Positions 34,338-43,967 of a stretch of DNA of 64,000 bases are shown here, in pieces (the stretch's first letter is position 1; each line of letters opens with the position of its first letter). Origin of the DNA: a virus. The notes beneath the pieces were generated by a model. That model searched no databases. It saw only the letters and a list, made by a program, of their open reading frames with translations, and was not told where the DNA came from. The stretch spans positions 2,953 to 66,952 of IMG/VR virus record IMGVR_UViG_3300010389_000010; one strand, 5' to 3'. A program made the position numbers and the translations under genes.

Positions 34338-34585
34338 CCTACGACTGCAAATTCAAAATCCACCAACCTGTATGGAAAGCCACAGGCGACTACCAGCTGC
34401 CCGGGAAGGTGATCTCATCCGGAAGCACCGGGAATGGAAAGACGATGTACTGCGTCGAGCACCCGTTCGGGTTCACACACAACTACCGTGAACCAAACCT
34501 GGTCGCACTGACACCCGAGCACACAGAGAACTTCAGGGACCAACTCTGCAGGATGTTTAACCTTGTGAAAGCAGAAGACGTCTGA
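34334..34585 (+). CDS. Small SH3-like (DfrB/R67-fold-like) protein
   Basis: FKIHQPVWKATG...GKVI...YCVE...NYREPNL. Confidence 0.5.
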   Translation: MTYDCKFKIHQPVWKATGDYQLPGKVISSGSTGNGKTMYCVEHPFGFTHNYREPNLVALTPEHTENFRDQLCRMFNLVKAEDV

Positions 34586-34791
34586 TGCCTGAAGGAAAAT
34601 ACACCGTCCAGTTCATGAAGTCCTTGAACGCAGCCCTCAAGCTGAAGCAGCTGATGCTGGAGAAGGGCGTCACCAGTGGCAGGAAGAAGTGCACCCAATG
34701 CGATGGCATGACTCATGGGCGCTTGATTGGTCCAAAGAAACATATGCGGTTCTGGTGTGATGGACCATGCAAAGCCGAATTGATGGAATGA
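34585..34791 (+). CDS. Small Cys4 zinc-binding protein
   Basis: CTQC...CDGPC. Confidence 0.7.
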   Translation: MPEGKYTVQFMKSLNAALKLKQLMLEKGVTSGRKKCTQCDGMTHGRLIGPKKHMRFWCDGPCKAELME

Positions 34792-34795
34792 TCCC

Positions 34796-35056
34796 ATGTC
34801 ACCACATGACAACTGGCCAGCATACGTGGCGATCTCGATCCTTGAATGGGATTATTTCCGCATGTTTGAAGACTACAAATTTCACGTCACCGAGAAAAAC
34901 ACGATGCCGATCGTGATCTCGGACAGCCCACAGATCTTTCTACCTTATGATATCTACAATGCTGCCAATGAGGGCAACGAGAAGGCGATCGACATATGCC
35001 TGGAGATATGTGCGCTCTTCAATAACATTCACAACGTCAAGAAGAAGCTGAGCTGA
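34796..35056 (+). CDS. Hypothetical protein
   Basis: Operon position. Confidence 0.6.
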   Translation: MSPHDNWPAYVAISILEWDYFRMFEDYKFHVTEKNTMPIVISDSPQIFLPYDIYNAANEGNEKAIDICLEICALFNNIHNVKKKLS

Positions 35057-35098
35057 TCGTGGTGAATTTGAAAATTAATTAATAATCCAAAACGTAAC

Positions 35099-35410
35099 GT
35101 GGCCGCCGTGACCAAGAACTCAACCAGAGTTGTAAGAATGATCCGCCATCTCCGGAACACCAGGGATGACTTCGGGTACATCTTCACACACGGCGGGTGC
35201 TATCAGCTCTACCTGATGATCAAGGCGATCTATCCTGAGGCTGAGGCTTACTACTCTCATTCCGAAGGACACGTCTACACATGGCTTGGCGAGTTCTTTG
35301 TGGATATCACCGGCGAGATCCTGCCGCCCAATGATGTGGTCAAGATGGATGCAAATCTACACAGACGCGCGCGCGACTGGCGGGTCAATGGTGAAGCAAC
35401 CAGAATGTAG
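35099..35410 (+). CDS. Conserved phage hypothetical protein (GGCY...HVY...DITG)
   Basis: Motif pattern; start uncertain. Confidence 0.65.
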   Translation: MAAVTKNSTRVVRMIRHLRNTRDDFGYIFTHGGCYQLYLMIKAIYPEAEAYYSHSEGHVYTWLGEFFVDITGEILPPNDVVKMDANLHRRARDWRVNGEATRM

Positions 35411-35414
35411 ACAC

Positions 35415-35452
35415 AAAAAAACCGCCCCACCGGTTAAGGCAGGGCGGTAAAA
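35415..35452. terminator. Terminator between the convergent early and late operons
   Basis: A7-CCGCCC...GGGCGG-TAAAA; U-tail on the minus strand. Confidence 0.7.
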
Positions 35453-35469
35453 TCAAATCGACTTAGCGA

Positions 35470-35685
35470 TTACTGAGCGATGGTGAAGTCCAGATAGTAT
35501 TCCTTCCCAACTTCGAACTGCTTTGCAGCATCTCCGTTGATGGTTCCCATAGTGAAATCACCCCATGGAGTGAACTTGAAAAACCGATCGTTCTCTTCGC
35601 TCCCGGAAGTGACCGGCTGGAACTTTAGTGAAAATCCACCCTCGTTCTGGTTCTTCTCGATGCATTTGAATTTCGCTCTGACCAT
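35470..35685 (-). CDS. Conserved small phage protein (VRAKF...TPxG...GKEYYLDF)
   Basis: AAGGAG RBS; family motif. Confidence 0.8.
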   Translation of the reverse strand: MVRAKFKCIEKNQNEGGFSLKFQPVTSGSEENDRFFKFTPWGDFTMGTINGDAAKQFEVGKEYYLDFTIAQ

Positions 35686-35752
35686 TATTGTTCTCCTTAT
35701 CAGTCAGGTTTCCCTCTGGCGATATTGCCAGAGATTTGTGAATTGCTTCTGT

Positions 35753-36391
35753 CTACTTCAGACCAGGGAATTGCTCCGGTTCGTAATCAGTCCAACATGC
35801 GACCTTCGGCCCGGTGAACTTTGGCGGGTAACCATCTGGATAAAGCGTCCACCTGGTAGTGGCGCATTTCTCACCAGGCGGGAACGGCCAAACCGTGCAC
35901 TGTGTTGCGGGATCCTTCAGGTTCATCCACCAGCTGACCAGACGAAGTTTATGAATAGGTGGAAGCTTGGATTGCTTCGAGTACCCGGAGCTGTAGCCGA
36001 ATGCACTGCAAAGAAACTCATTGTCTGCGGTCTTCACCACGACATCCCAATCACCAGCGAATGGCTCCGGCCAGTTGATTGATCGATCGATATACATCTG
36101 AGGGTCATCGTTCTTCCACCCGCTTAGGATGTGGACCTGTCGAACATCCATAAAGGCTTCAACAGGAACGTCTGCTCTGCGCTTTTTCTCCTTGATCTCT
36201 TCCAGTTGTGCCTGGAGTAACCGGTGTTCCTGAATACTCTTGTAGGTGTACTCAACTGTAAGAAAGAGGACAAATAAAACCGCCAATACCTTCAGCGGTT
36301 TTACCTGATTTCCAGCCGCCTCTTTGGCGGCATATCCCCATCCCCTAGTCCAGGCCATCGTTGAGATCTCCTGCGTCTGAAGGTGCTCCAT
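35753..36391 (-). CDS. Single-TM membrane protein with Cys-containing C-terminal domain
   Basis: VLAVLFVLFLTV helix; follows the holin. Confidence 0.65.
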   Translation of the reverse strand: MEHLQTQEISTMAWTRGWGYAAKEAAGNQVKPLKVLAVLFVLFLTVEYTYKSIQEHRLLQAQLEEIKEKKRRADVPVEAFMDVRQVHILSGWKNDDPQMYIDRSINWPEPFAGDWDVVVKTADNEFLCSAFGYSSGYSKQSKLPPIHKLRLVSWWMNLKDPATQCTVWPFPPGEKCATTRWTLYPDGYPPKFTGPKVACWTDYEPEQFPGLK

Positions 36392-36764
36392 GTGTTGGAC
36401 TCCTTGCTGGTGGTTGAGGGTTTTCCTTCAGGAACTTGGTACGAGCTCTGAAGACATGGATGCCATATTCGAGAGCAACCATACCAAAGCAACCTGAAAT
36501 GAATGCGAACAGGGATTCATCGGGTTCGATGTCGAACGTCGTGAAGCCGACAAAGAAAAGGAATATCTTGATAACAAGATCGTTGAGGTAGATTGCGCAC
36601 AGTCCACCTACAATCATTTGCCTTATCAGCTTCAGATATCCTTCCCATTCCACCATCGCGATAGCGATCGCGCCAGCTATACCGGCCGCACCGAGAGTGG
36701 CGGCTTCACTCTTTACCAGGTACCAAAACCAGGCAAAGAATGAAGTGGGTGCATTAGGGTCCAT
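36345..36764 (-). CDS. Putative holin
   Basis: Three hydrophobic segments and a charged C-terminus, within the lysis cassette. Confidence 0.6.
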   Translation of the reverse strand: MDPNAPTSFFAWFWYLVKSEAATLGAAGIAGAIAIAMVEWEGYLKLIRQMIVGGLCAIYLNDLVIKIFLFFVGFTTFDIEPDESLFAFISGCFGMVALEYGIHVFRARTKFLKENPQPPARSPTHGAPSDAGDLNDGLD

Positions 36765-36765
36765 T

Positions 36766-37134
36766 TCATCTTCCTTCCATAATTGGACGCGGAGTGGGTG
36801 TTGGCGCCGTTGAGGGGTTTTTCAAAAGGTTGTCGAGCTCGTAGCATCGTATGATTTTGCTGTTTGCCCGGCCGAGAGCGGCCGCGGATAACAAAGCCAT
36901 CCGGGCTTCAGTCATTCCAGACTTGATTCCTGAGAATTCACGTTCGCCGCACTCAATAGGAAGCAATGGGATTTTCACATCGATTGGGCGGCCGGCTTCA
37001 ATAGCTTGCCCAACCAGGTCTGCCTTTGCCTTATCAGCTGCAGACTTTTCAATTGCCTCTTTCGAGCTTACGCATCCGGTAAACGAAATCGTCAGAAGCA
37101 ACGCGGCTGCCAGGCTCAGCTGAGAGTAATTCAT
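36766..37134 (-). CDS. Putative o-spanin lipoprotein
   Basis: Lipobox-like ISFTGC after a hydrophobic leader; overlaps the i-spanin 3' end. Confidence 0.65.
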   Translation of the reverse strand: MNYSQLSLAAALLLTISFTGCVSSKEAIEKSAADKAKADLVGQAIEAGRPIDVKIPLLPIECGEREFSGIKSGMTEARMALLSAAALGRANSKIIRCYELDNLLKNPSTAPTPTPRPIMEGR

Positions 37135-37495
37135 CTATCTCTTCCTTGAGTGCTTGATTGGTCTGTTTGTCTTCCGAGCTTTTAATCTCAAAGATCCTGA
37201 TGGAGTCCTGATACCCGGCGATCTTGTTGGCGGCTTCTTCCAACTGCCGCTTGCGCTCATCGGCAATCTTTTGAAGAGCTTCGCCCTCAGCCTCGAGAGC
37301 TGCTATTCGCCCGGCCGCAACCAGATCCACAACTGCCTTTGACACTGCGTCCCTGATTGCGCTGCCCTGGCTGATGAAATGAAGGGCGACAAGAGCAAGG
37401 ACCATCCACAGCTGAACGGGAAATCCTATTGTCAGGATGGCCTTCAGTGGACGCCACAGATAGCGCTTGAACAGGATAGTTGTTACCGGATCCAT
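37049..37495 (-). CDS. Putative i-spanin
   Basis: N-terminal TM followed by coiled coil. Confidence 0.6.
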   Translation of the reverse strand: MDPVTTILFKRYLWRPLKAILTIGFPVQLWMVLALVALHFISQGSAIRDAVSKAVVDLVAAGRIAALEAEGEALQKIADERKRQLEEAANKIAGYQDSIRIFEIKSSEDKQTNQALKEEIDELLSAEPGSRVASDDFVYRMRKLERGN

Positions 37496-37496
37496 A

Positions 37497-37820
37497 TCAG
37501 CCCAACGCCCCAGGGACATACAGACAAGGCCGGTATTCCTCATCCATCTCCCAATACATGCAGCCGTGGAACTTGCCGTCAGGAGATGTCCTGAGACGTT
37601 TATCGGTCACCTTGAATAGATCTCCACGCCAGACATAACCATCCTTGACAACATGAACTTCCCCATCGTGCAGCTCTTTGCAGTCATCGTCAGAGCAACA
37701 GGCTTCCTCGTAATGGAAGCCGGAAGCCATCGTGTGCGGGAATGCGATCGAACCTGCATAGAGAAACAGTGCAAAGACACCGACTGCTACCCACGCCACA
37801 TTCATGATTGTCATACGCAT
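37497..37820 (-). CDS. Cys-rich exported protein
   Basis: Hydrophobic leader; CCSDDDC, SPDGKFHGC, CLYVP. Confidence 0.7.
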   Translation of the reverse strand: MRMTIMNVAWVAVGVFALFLYAGSIAFPHTMASGFHYEEACCSDDDCKELHDGEVHVVKDGYVWRGDLFKVTDKRLRTSPDGKFHGCMYWEMDEEYRPCLYVPGALG

Positions 37821-37821
37821 T

Positions 37822-38622
37822 TCATGCCTCGTTGTTGCTTGATTTACTGGATCCAGATGAGATCAAAGGCATCTTGGCGTCCTTTCCTGTAGGAACAGGA
37901 ACGCCTTTCGGCCACCAATAACCAGTGATCCTACCGAGATCGAACGGCCTTGTATTGACCGCATCGCTCTGATTTCCACCGAACCCCATCAATCGGCCGC
38001 GTTCATCAAACCCATCAGCAAAGCAGACATGCCCGTTGCCTGAGTTTATGCTCTTGCGCCACATGGTAACCAGGCACCCGGGCACCGGCTTATTGAGCTG
38101 GATCAATTCAGGATGGTTCTCGTACCCACGAGCACGAGCGGATCCCTTGCCCCTGGTCATGACGCCGGCAGTGATCAGACAGTATCCAACGAATGCACCA
38201 CACCATGGAGTTTCATCGTCATTGAACCACCCGGCTCCGATGACGTCCCACATGCTGACGATCTTTTCGTTATGTAAGCGACCCTTGATCTCCCTCATCC
38301 CATTCATAGACTTTGCGATCTTCATCCATGGGCGATCTGACTTGGGCGGCTGAGCGTTCTTCTTTGGTGGGCCCTTGAATAAATACTCTCTTGTAACCGG
38401 GCCAATTAGAAAGCGTGGATTGAGTCCGTGCTTGCGCTTGAACGCAATGACGGCCGCCTGGGTTGCCTTGTCTGCCCAACCGTTGACTGGCCCATCGTAG
38501 TAGTTGAGCTCCTTCAACCGCTGCTGGACATCCTTGTCGATCGGTGGGGTATCAGGATCTGGCGCGAACGCAACCGGTCTCTCAGGCTGCTTCTTGAACA
38601 GCCAAGCAAAAAAGTCTTTCAT
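37822..38622 (-). CDS. Endolysin: peptidoglycan-binding domain plus TIGR02594-type (CHAP/NlpC-like) domain
   Basis: VQQRLKELNYYDG...AVIAFKRKHGL; ETPWCGAFVG, GHVCF, GGNQSDAV. Confidence 0.88.
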   Translation of the reverse strand: MKDFFAWLFKKQPERPVAFAPDPDTPPIDKDVQQRLKELNYYDGPVNGWADKATQAAVIAFKRKHGLNPRFLIGPVTREYLFKGPPKKNAQPPKSDRPWMKIAKSMNGMREIKGRLHNEKIVSMWDVIGAGWFNDDETPWCGAFVGYCLITAGVMTRGKGSARARGYENHPELIQLNKPVPGCLVTMWRKSINSGNGHVCFADGFDERGRLMGFGGNQSDAVNTRPFDLGRITGYWWPKGVPVPTGKDAKMPLISSGSSKSSNNEA

Positions 38623-38707
38623 AATGTCCTCGCTGGTTAGGTGGCAGGGCTGACCAGAGGCCAGCCCCACCGGATCCGATCGACCCCCCTAAGATCGATC
38701 GAAACTG

Positions 38708-38950
38708 TCAATCAAAAAGTCTCACGGTCTCAATGAATGGGATGTTCTGTGGCGGCGGCGGCAACACGATCTCGATCCCAGATGGAAGAACTGGACCTTC
38801 ACCCACTAGGCGCTCATTAGCCTCATAGAGGATCTGTGTATTGTTGCGGTGACGGCCGTAATAACGGAACGCAATATCATCCACCATGTCACCTTCAATC
38901 GTCGTGTAGATGGTGGATCCATCAGACCGTGTTGTGGTTTTCAGCTTCAT
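38708..38950 (-). CDS. P2 gpX-like tail protein
   Basis: TTIEGDMVDDIAFRYYG...EAN...LPSGIEIVLP. Confidence 0.9.
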   Translation of the reverse strand: MKLKTTTRSDGSTIYTTIEGDMVDDIAFRYYGRHRNNTQILYEANERLVGEGPVLPSGIEIVLPPPPQNIPFIETVRLFD

Positions 38951-39948
38951 GACAACGGCAACTCACATTCGAGGGTTGTGGTGTATGGTGATGACGATGA
39001 GAAATTGTGGGTGGCAGTCTTGATAAACCACTCACCATCGACGTTGGCCCGGACTCCGGAGACGATCGCCTTGCTCTCGGCCGCAGCGTTTGGATCTCCA
39101 TCGATTTCAAATGATGCTGTGCCCTGGTTGCGGGAAAGCTCGTCGGCCGATGCCTGAGCGCTTTCCTTTGCTTCGTCCTTGTCCTGGAATGGCTGGCGGA
39201 TCCGGTAAGGAACGTCACCACCTGGTCGCTTCAGCGGAACCTTTTCGATTTCCCACTTCTTCTCCCGGCGATCGTACCATTTACTCTCGACCTCAGTGTG
39301 CTTGGGCTTTTCCTTGATGCTCACGCTGTAGCTGAGAAGGTTGCGACCAGGCGATATGCTTGTACCGCCCATGGATTGTCCGGATGCGGCTGTCGTGGAT
39401 CCTCGCGGCACCACAACCAGCTGCTTCTCCTTGACAGTGACTGTCGCTCCGATCTTCTTGCCAAGTCTGGTCAGGAATCCAACAGCATCTTCACGATCAC
39501 GAGCCTCATATGGGTTCGTCTTGCCACCAATAGTTCCATCCATCTTCAGGGAGAGGCCTGCCTGACCAGCGATCTCTTCGAAGATCGACTGGTATGTCGG
39601 GTACTCTTCCTTGATGAAGCCCTTTGTGTCTCGCTCTTTCTCGCTGGACGTAGCATCGCTTGCCTGGGCATTGATGGTGACCTTCTGCGGATAACCGTCA
39701 TAGGTGACATCATCAACAATGTACTTGCCGAAGTTCCGGATACCCTTTTCGTCGGTTCCGCCATACACAGAGATCTCTGTGCCGGTGGTGATGCCCCCGA
39801 TCCGACCACCATTGTCGTCAAGAGTGAGGCTCACAGTGTCGGAGTCGAGGCCAGCTCCATCCGTCACCGTCATGTCCATTGCAACGCCGGCTATGCGGCT
39901 GGAGATGTCAACACCGCCTGCGGACAGACCAAAGATTACCCTTGGCAT
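38947..39948 (-). CDS. P2 gpD-like baseplate hub protein
   Basis: VTDGAGLDSD.VSLTLDD, REDAVGFLTRLG, W.IKTATHNFS. Confidence 0.9.
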   Translation of the reverse strand: MPRVIFGLSAGGVDISSRIAGVAMDMTVTDGAGLDSDTVSLTLDDNGGRIGGITTGTEISVYGGTDEKGIRNFGKYIVDDVTYDGYPQKVTINAQASDATSSEKERDTKGFIKEEYPTYQSIFEEIAGQAGLSLKMDGTIGGKTNPYEARDREDAVGFLTRLGKKIGATVTVKEKQLVVVPRGSTTAASGQSMGGTSISPGRNLLSYSVSIKEKPKHTEVESKWYDRREKKWEIEKVPLKRPGGDVPYRIRQPFQDKDEAKESAQASADELSRNQGTASFEIDGDPNAAAESKAIVSGVRANVDGEWFIKTATHNFSSSSPYTTTLECELPLS

Positions 39949-39949
39949 A

Positions 39950-40360
39950 TCAGAACAACCTCAATCCGCCGAACGCAGCGCCTGCACGAACAACCGTCAT
40001 GCTGAAATCAAGACGCATCGGCGTTCCATCTCTCAACAGGTGCTTATCTACACTGCTGATATTGCGGATTACCCAACGGCCGAAGATCCTGCCGCCACCA
40101 GATGCCATCATCAACGGCGTACCAGCCGCGGCTGCAGCGTACATGCCCTCAATCTGCATCAACCCCTTACCCGAGATGAAATGTGGATACAGGGTGCCAT
40201 CAATGGTGATCTCTTCATCCCCGGGCCCGAGATAGTGAATGCTCGGCCGAGACATGATGACCATCTGCGACTCTGCACGGACATCAAGGTTCCGGCTGAG
40301 CTCATTGAACGGTACAGTGTTCATTGAAAAGCGGAATGGACCCAATCCCATCAGGTTCAT
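39950..40360 (-). CDS. P2 gpU-like tail tube initiator
   Basis: MGLGPFRFS...YLGPGDEEITIDG...GRWVI. Confidence 0.9.
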   Translation of the reverse strand: MNLMGLGPFRFSMNTVPFNELSRNLDVRAESQMVIMSRPSIHYLGPGDEEITIDGTLYPHFISGKGLMQIEGMYAAAAAGTPLMMASGGGRIFGRWVIRNISSVDKHLLRDGTPMRLDFSMTVVRAGAAFGGLRLF

Positions 40361-42804
40361 GTCGTCACCGGCCTTCCTTCAAGCGAGAGCTGGCGTGTTC
40401 TGCCAAGAAGATGCTTCAATTTGGTTTCGATCGCGCTTGCAGTTGCCATGGGGTTCGTGGCTCCATTGACGTGGATCTGCACGCTACCAATCGTGCCGCC
40501 GCCCGGGCTGTTCATCATGGCCGCTGTCTGTTTGGCGTTGTATGCTCTACCAGTCGCTCCCATGCCAACCAATTCAGGCCCGGTTTCGCCTACGAGGTAA
40601 GAGCGACCTCGGAACATTGAGCCACCAAACCGACGCTTACCATCAATTCCAGGATGACCACCAATAGAGTTTGGAACGCCGCTCGTCCGCATTGGTATGG
40701 TTACACCCTTGCTTGCGGCTGCCTGCATCTGGGCTACAGCAGCATTTACGTCCGAAATGAGCTGAGGGACTTGCAATTGAATACCGTCCGCTATGCCCTG
40801 TCCTAGAGCTGTGCCACTCACCTGGCCTTTGGCCTTCATCTCAGCTTCCATAGCCGTGATGTTCTCGACAAGTTGACGTCTCTGCATCTCCAGTGGAGCA
40901 GTCAATGTGCCGATCATGTCAGGCATCTTGCTGTTGGCTTTGATGTCAGCAATCTTGGCGTCGAGTGCGGCGAGATCTGAATTGAGCTGAGCAAGCGCCG
41001 TGGAGTCCGTCATGGTGCTTGTGGTGGTTCCAAAATTGTCACCCAATGCAGTCTGGGCGATTGTCTTGCCGAGGTAAGACTCGAGCATTTCCTTGCCAAT
41101 GAGAGCGCCGCCAATCCACGGCAACGCCTTGGCGCCCAATTTCATCAGGCCTTTTGTCTTGCCAGTGGTTTTCTTTCCATCAACTCCATCGATCGCATCG
41201 ACACCTGTAGCCAGAGCCGAAGCGGCAGACAATGCCATGATGCCGGCAGCAAGCATCCGGATTGGCATGATCGCCAGACCTATCAGACTGACAAGTCCGC
41301 CAAGGGCCAGACCAAACGGTCCAAGAGCAGCAAGGGCAACCGTCGCATAGGTGGCAAACTCGAGTAGTTCCGGATTACTTTCAGACATCTTGACCAATGT
41401 ATCAGTCAAGCCATCGACCATCTCGGTGAATGTTCCCATTACACCGGTACCAGAAATCGCAATGAAGAGGTTTTCAAACGCCGCCCGAAGCTCGGCAACA
41501 TCCTTGACAACGCCCTGCATCATCAATGCAGCCATCTTGTCAGATGCGTTCTTGTACTTGGATTTGAACTGTTTAACCACTTCCTCGAGATCCGATGACA
41601 GGATCGCAGCAAGACGTGAGCCCATACGAACGTCGAAGATCTGTGAGATGTCGGTAATCGTCGCTCCTTTTTCCCGGAGGGTGGTAAGCAGTTCAATCAG
41701 GTCGACCTTCTGGGCACCGATTAGAACTGCTTCAGCAATCGTATTCGAGATGGACTCCTTACCGATTATCGATGAGTCGCCGTATGCTTGGGCGATCATG
41801 TCGGTGAGAGTGGCTGTCATCCTGGCCGTGGAGGCACGCATTGAAGGATCATCGAGCACGCTCTGGAGCTGTCCCTTCATATCCTGAAGGATACCCATAT
41901 CCAGACCTTCAATGCCCAATGCGCTTATGACGGAATCAGCATCAATGCGTTCAGAGTATGTAACGAAATCCTTCATGTCGATCTTCAGGCGTTCAAACGC
42001 CTTCAGCATCGGCTTGGTTGGTTTCGCCATACGAACGAGTGCAGACCTGAGGGCAACACCTGCCTCAGATCCTTTGATGCCGTTACGGGCCAGTTCTGCA
42101 GCGACCGCTGAAACGGATTCCAGCTCCATACCGGCAACCGCGGCAAGCGGGGCAACATACCTGAAGGTATCGCCCATCAGTTTGATGTCTGTATTGGAAG
42201 ATGTTGCGGAGTGGGCAAGGGCGTCATTCACCCGTTGCATGGAAGCTGCCACCTGCTCCGTCGTCTCCATAGGCAGCTTCATAGCTGTCATGACGTTGGT
42301 GGCAATGTCGGCGGCATCCTTGTTGGAGATATCACCGTTACCCACCAGGGCAAGGTTCAAGGTTCCCTTCAGAGCGCCCATGGTCTGTTCGAAGGAAAGA
42401 CCAGCACGGTACAATTCCTGAGCAGATGCAATGATCTCTTTGTTGGTGAATGGGAACTGAGTGTTCAGCTGTTGAGCGTATTGCTCCATCTTACCGCGTT
42501 GTTCATCGGTAAGAAGCCCGTATGCCTGCATGGCGTTACCGGCTTTTTCAAACTGATAGACCGCATCGGCGCCGAACCATGTCAGCATTCCGGCCGGAAG
42601 CGACAGACCTTGCGCAACATCGCGTGCCTGATACCTGACACGATGTAGATGTTTGGCCATCGCCTGAAGGCCGGTGATCTGACGTGTTCCGCTTACACCA
42701 GCAAGGGCGCCTGTCAAACCAACGAGGGAATTGCGGACCAGACGAGCTGGTCCACTAATCTGGTCAACAAGCCTGAGGATCAGGTCACTTTGGTATCTGG
42801 CCAT
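40357..42804 (-). CDS. Tape measure protein (TP901-type core)
   Basis: Ala-rich helical protein; GIKGSEAGVALRS motif. Confidence 0.92.
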   Translation of the reverse strand: MARYQSDLILRLVDQISGPARLVRNSLVGLTGALAGVSGTRQITGLQAMAKHLHRVRYQARDVAQGLSLPAGMLTWFGADAVYQFEKAGNAMQAYGLLTDEQRGKMEQYAQQLNTQFPFTNKEIIASAQELYRAGLSFEQTMGALKGTLNLALVGNGDISNKDAADIATNVMTAMKLPMETTEQVAASMQRVNDALAHSATSSNTDIKLMGDTFRYVAPLAAVAGMELESVSAVAAELARNGIKGSEAGVALRSALVRMAKPTKPMLKAFERLKIDMKDFVTYSERIDADSVISALGIEGLDMGILQDMKGQLQSVLDDPSMRASTARMTATLTDMIAQAYGDSSIIGKESISNTIAEAVLIGAQKVDLIELLTTLREKGATITDISQIFDVRMGSRLAAILSSDLEEVVKQFKSKYKNASDKMAALMMQGVVKDVAELRAAFENLFIAISGTGVMGTFTEMVDGLTDTLVKMSESNPELLEFATYATVALAALGPFGLALGGLVSLIGLAIMPIRMLAAGIMALSAASALATGVDAIDGVDGKKTTGKTKGLMKLGAKALPWIGGALIGKEMLESYLGKTIAQTALGDNFGTTTSTMTDSTALAQLNSDLAALDAKIADIKANSKMPDMIGTLTAPLEMQRRQLVENITAMEAEMKAKGQVSGTALGQGIADGIQLQVPQLISDVNAAVAQMQAAASKGVTIPMRTSGVPNSIGGHPGIDGKRRFGGSMFRGRSYLVGETGPELVGMGATGRAYNAKQTAAMMNSPGGGTIGSVQIHVNGATNPMATASAIETKLKHLLGRTRQLSLEGRPVTT

Positions 42805-42813
42805 GATGCTCCC

Positions 42814-43071
42814 TTACTCAGGCTTGATTGCTTCGGCGTACCAGACAGTGATCAACTCATCGAAAGTCATTTCGAGGAAGTCCTCTCTGGTAAAGTGAAA
42901 GGCTCTGGCAACTACTCTTGCGAACCCTGGCCACTGTCTCCAGTCGGCTCGGTCTCGCCAGAAGTCTTCGGATCCTTTTCGCTGATCTCTGGAACGCTTG
43001 AGGATGTGTCGCTTTTTACCTTTTCCATCGCCGCCTCTTGGACCTGCTCGAGGAACTTTTGGGGCAAAAAA
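42814..43071 (-). CDS. gpE'-like extension reached by -1 frameshift from the tail assembly chaperone
   Basis: The -1 frame is open from the slippery site to TAA at 42816-42814 and ends VARAFHFTREDFLEMTFDELITVWYAEAIKPE. Confidence 0.7.
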   Translation of the reverse strand, partial: FFAPKVPRAGPRGGDGKGKKRHILKRSRDQRKGSEDFWRDRADWRQWPGFARVVARAFHFTREDFLEMTFDELITVWYAEAIKPE

Positions 43072-43346
43072 TCAGCTGCGGTCTCCGCAAGTTCAATGAA
43101 GTCATCAGCGTCCATCATCTCCATGACGGCAAGCGGAACGCCGGCAATAGCTGCGTAGAGTTTGAACTGTGTGGATTCTGATTCCTCTTCACGCTTTTCA
43201 ACTTCGCTTTCCGGGATCTGGTTGATCGCCTGGAGATCTCGCTGAAGTTTCATGAAGACCTTACCTGTCATCCTGTTGAGGAAAACAGAGTTGTAGATCT
43301 TGCCGTCATGCGTGATGGGGTACTTGAGTGTGAATTCTTTCGACAT
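42912..43346 (-). CDS. Tail assembly chaperone (gpE-like)
   Basis: Between tube and tape measure; MDADDF...ADFL. Confidence 0.85.
   Translation of the reverse strand: MSKEFTLKYPITHDGKIYNSVFLNRMTGKVFMKLQRDLQAINQIPESEVEKREEESESTQFKLYAAIAGVPLAVMEMMDADDFIELAETAADFLPQKFLEQVQEAAMEKVKSDTSSSVPEISEKDPKTSGETEPTGDSGQGSQE
43065..43071 (-). other. Slippery heptamer T TTT TTG
   Basis: In-frame gaT TTT TTG, the same T6G type as the P2 E/E' site. Confidence 0.7.
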
Positions 43347-43424
43347 AGGGAGTGTCCTTTATGAGGGGGTGAAGTGGGCAGGAGAAACCCCCTGCCCGTT
43401 TGATTGCGCTGTTGGCTGGTTTGA

Positions 43425-43934
43425 TTACCGGCCAAGAGCCTGGTTGATGGAAGCGAGATGATCAGTGCCATCAATGATGCGCTTCGGAGGCCATGCCTGG
43501 ACCTCGTGAACAACCTGGGTGGACACTTCGTACCGGTAATACATGATGTTCTTGATCGTGTAGTCGGTACCGCTGCGCTCACCCTTGTTCCACGCATCCC
43601 GGGCACCTTCAGAGATCTTGCCTTCAATGATGACAACATGCTCTTTGGTATCTCCGGATATTTCGTCGACGGCCGCACCACGGAAGGTGAATGTCTTCCG
43701 CATGCCTGGCGCATGGGCCATCAACTTTTGCATTGTGACGCCCTGGCCAACCATCTTGACGCTACATTCAAACGGCTCGAGGCCGCCAACTGGAACGTCA
43801 ACACTGAGGTCCATACCGCCGGAGCGAACCGTGTCCATGATCTCGGACAGGTTCGGTAGTTCGAGCTCTTCGATTGAGAGCCCATGATCCACGTTGTCGA
43901 CGAACATCGTGAACCCGCGAAGGATGTCTTCCAT
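43425..43934 (-). CDS. Major tail tube protein (P2 FII-like)
   Basis: ELELPNL...RSGGMD...EIQ/EVQAWPPKRIIDGTD. Confidence 0.9.
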   Translation of the reverse strand: MEDILRGFTMFVDNVDHGLSIEELELPNLSEIMDTVRSGGMDLSVDVPVGGLEPFECSVKMVGQGVTMQKLMAHAPGMRKTFTFRGAAVDEISGDTKEHVVIIEGKISEGARDAWNKGERSGTDYTIKNIMYYRYEVSTQVVHEVQAWPPKRIIDGTDHLASINQALGR

Positions 43935-43967
43935 TTTTATTCTCCTACTGGAATTCAGGTTTCAGGG

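Noticed and set aside
35080-35098. Fifth CI operator (AAAACGTAAC)
   Set aside because: Only one half-site matches; the left ATACG arm is absent
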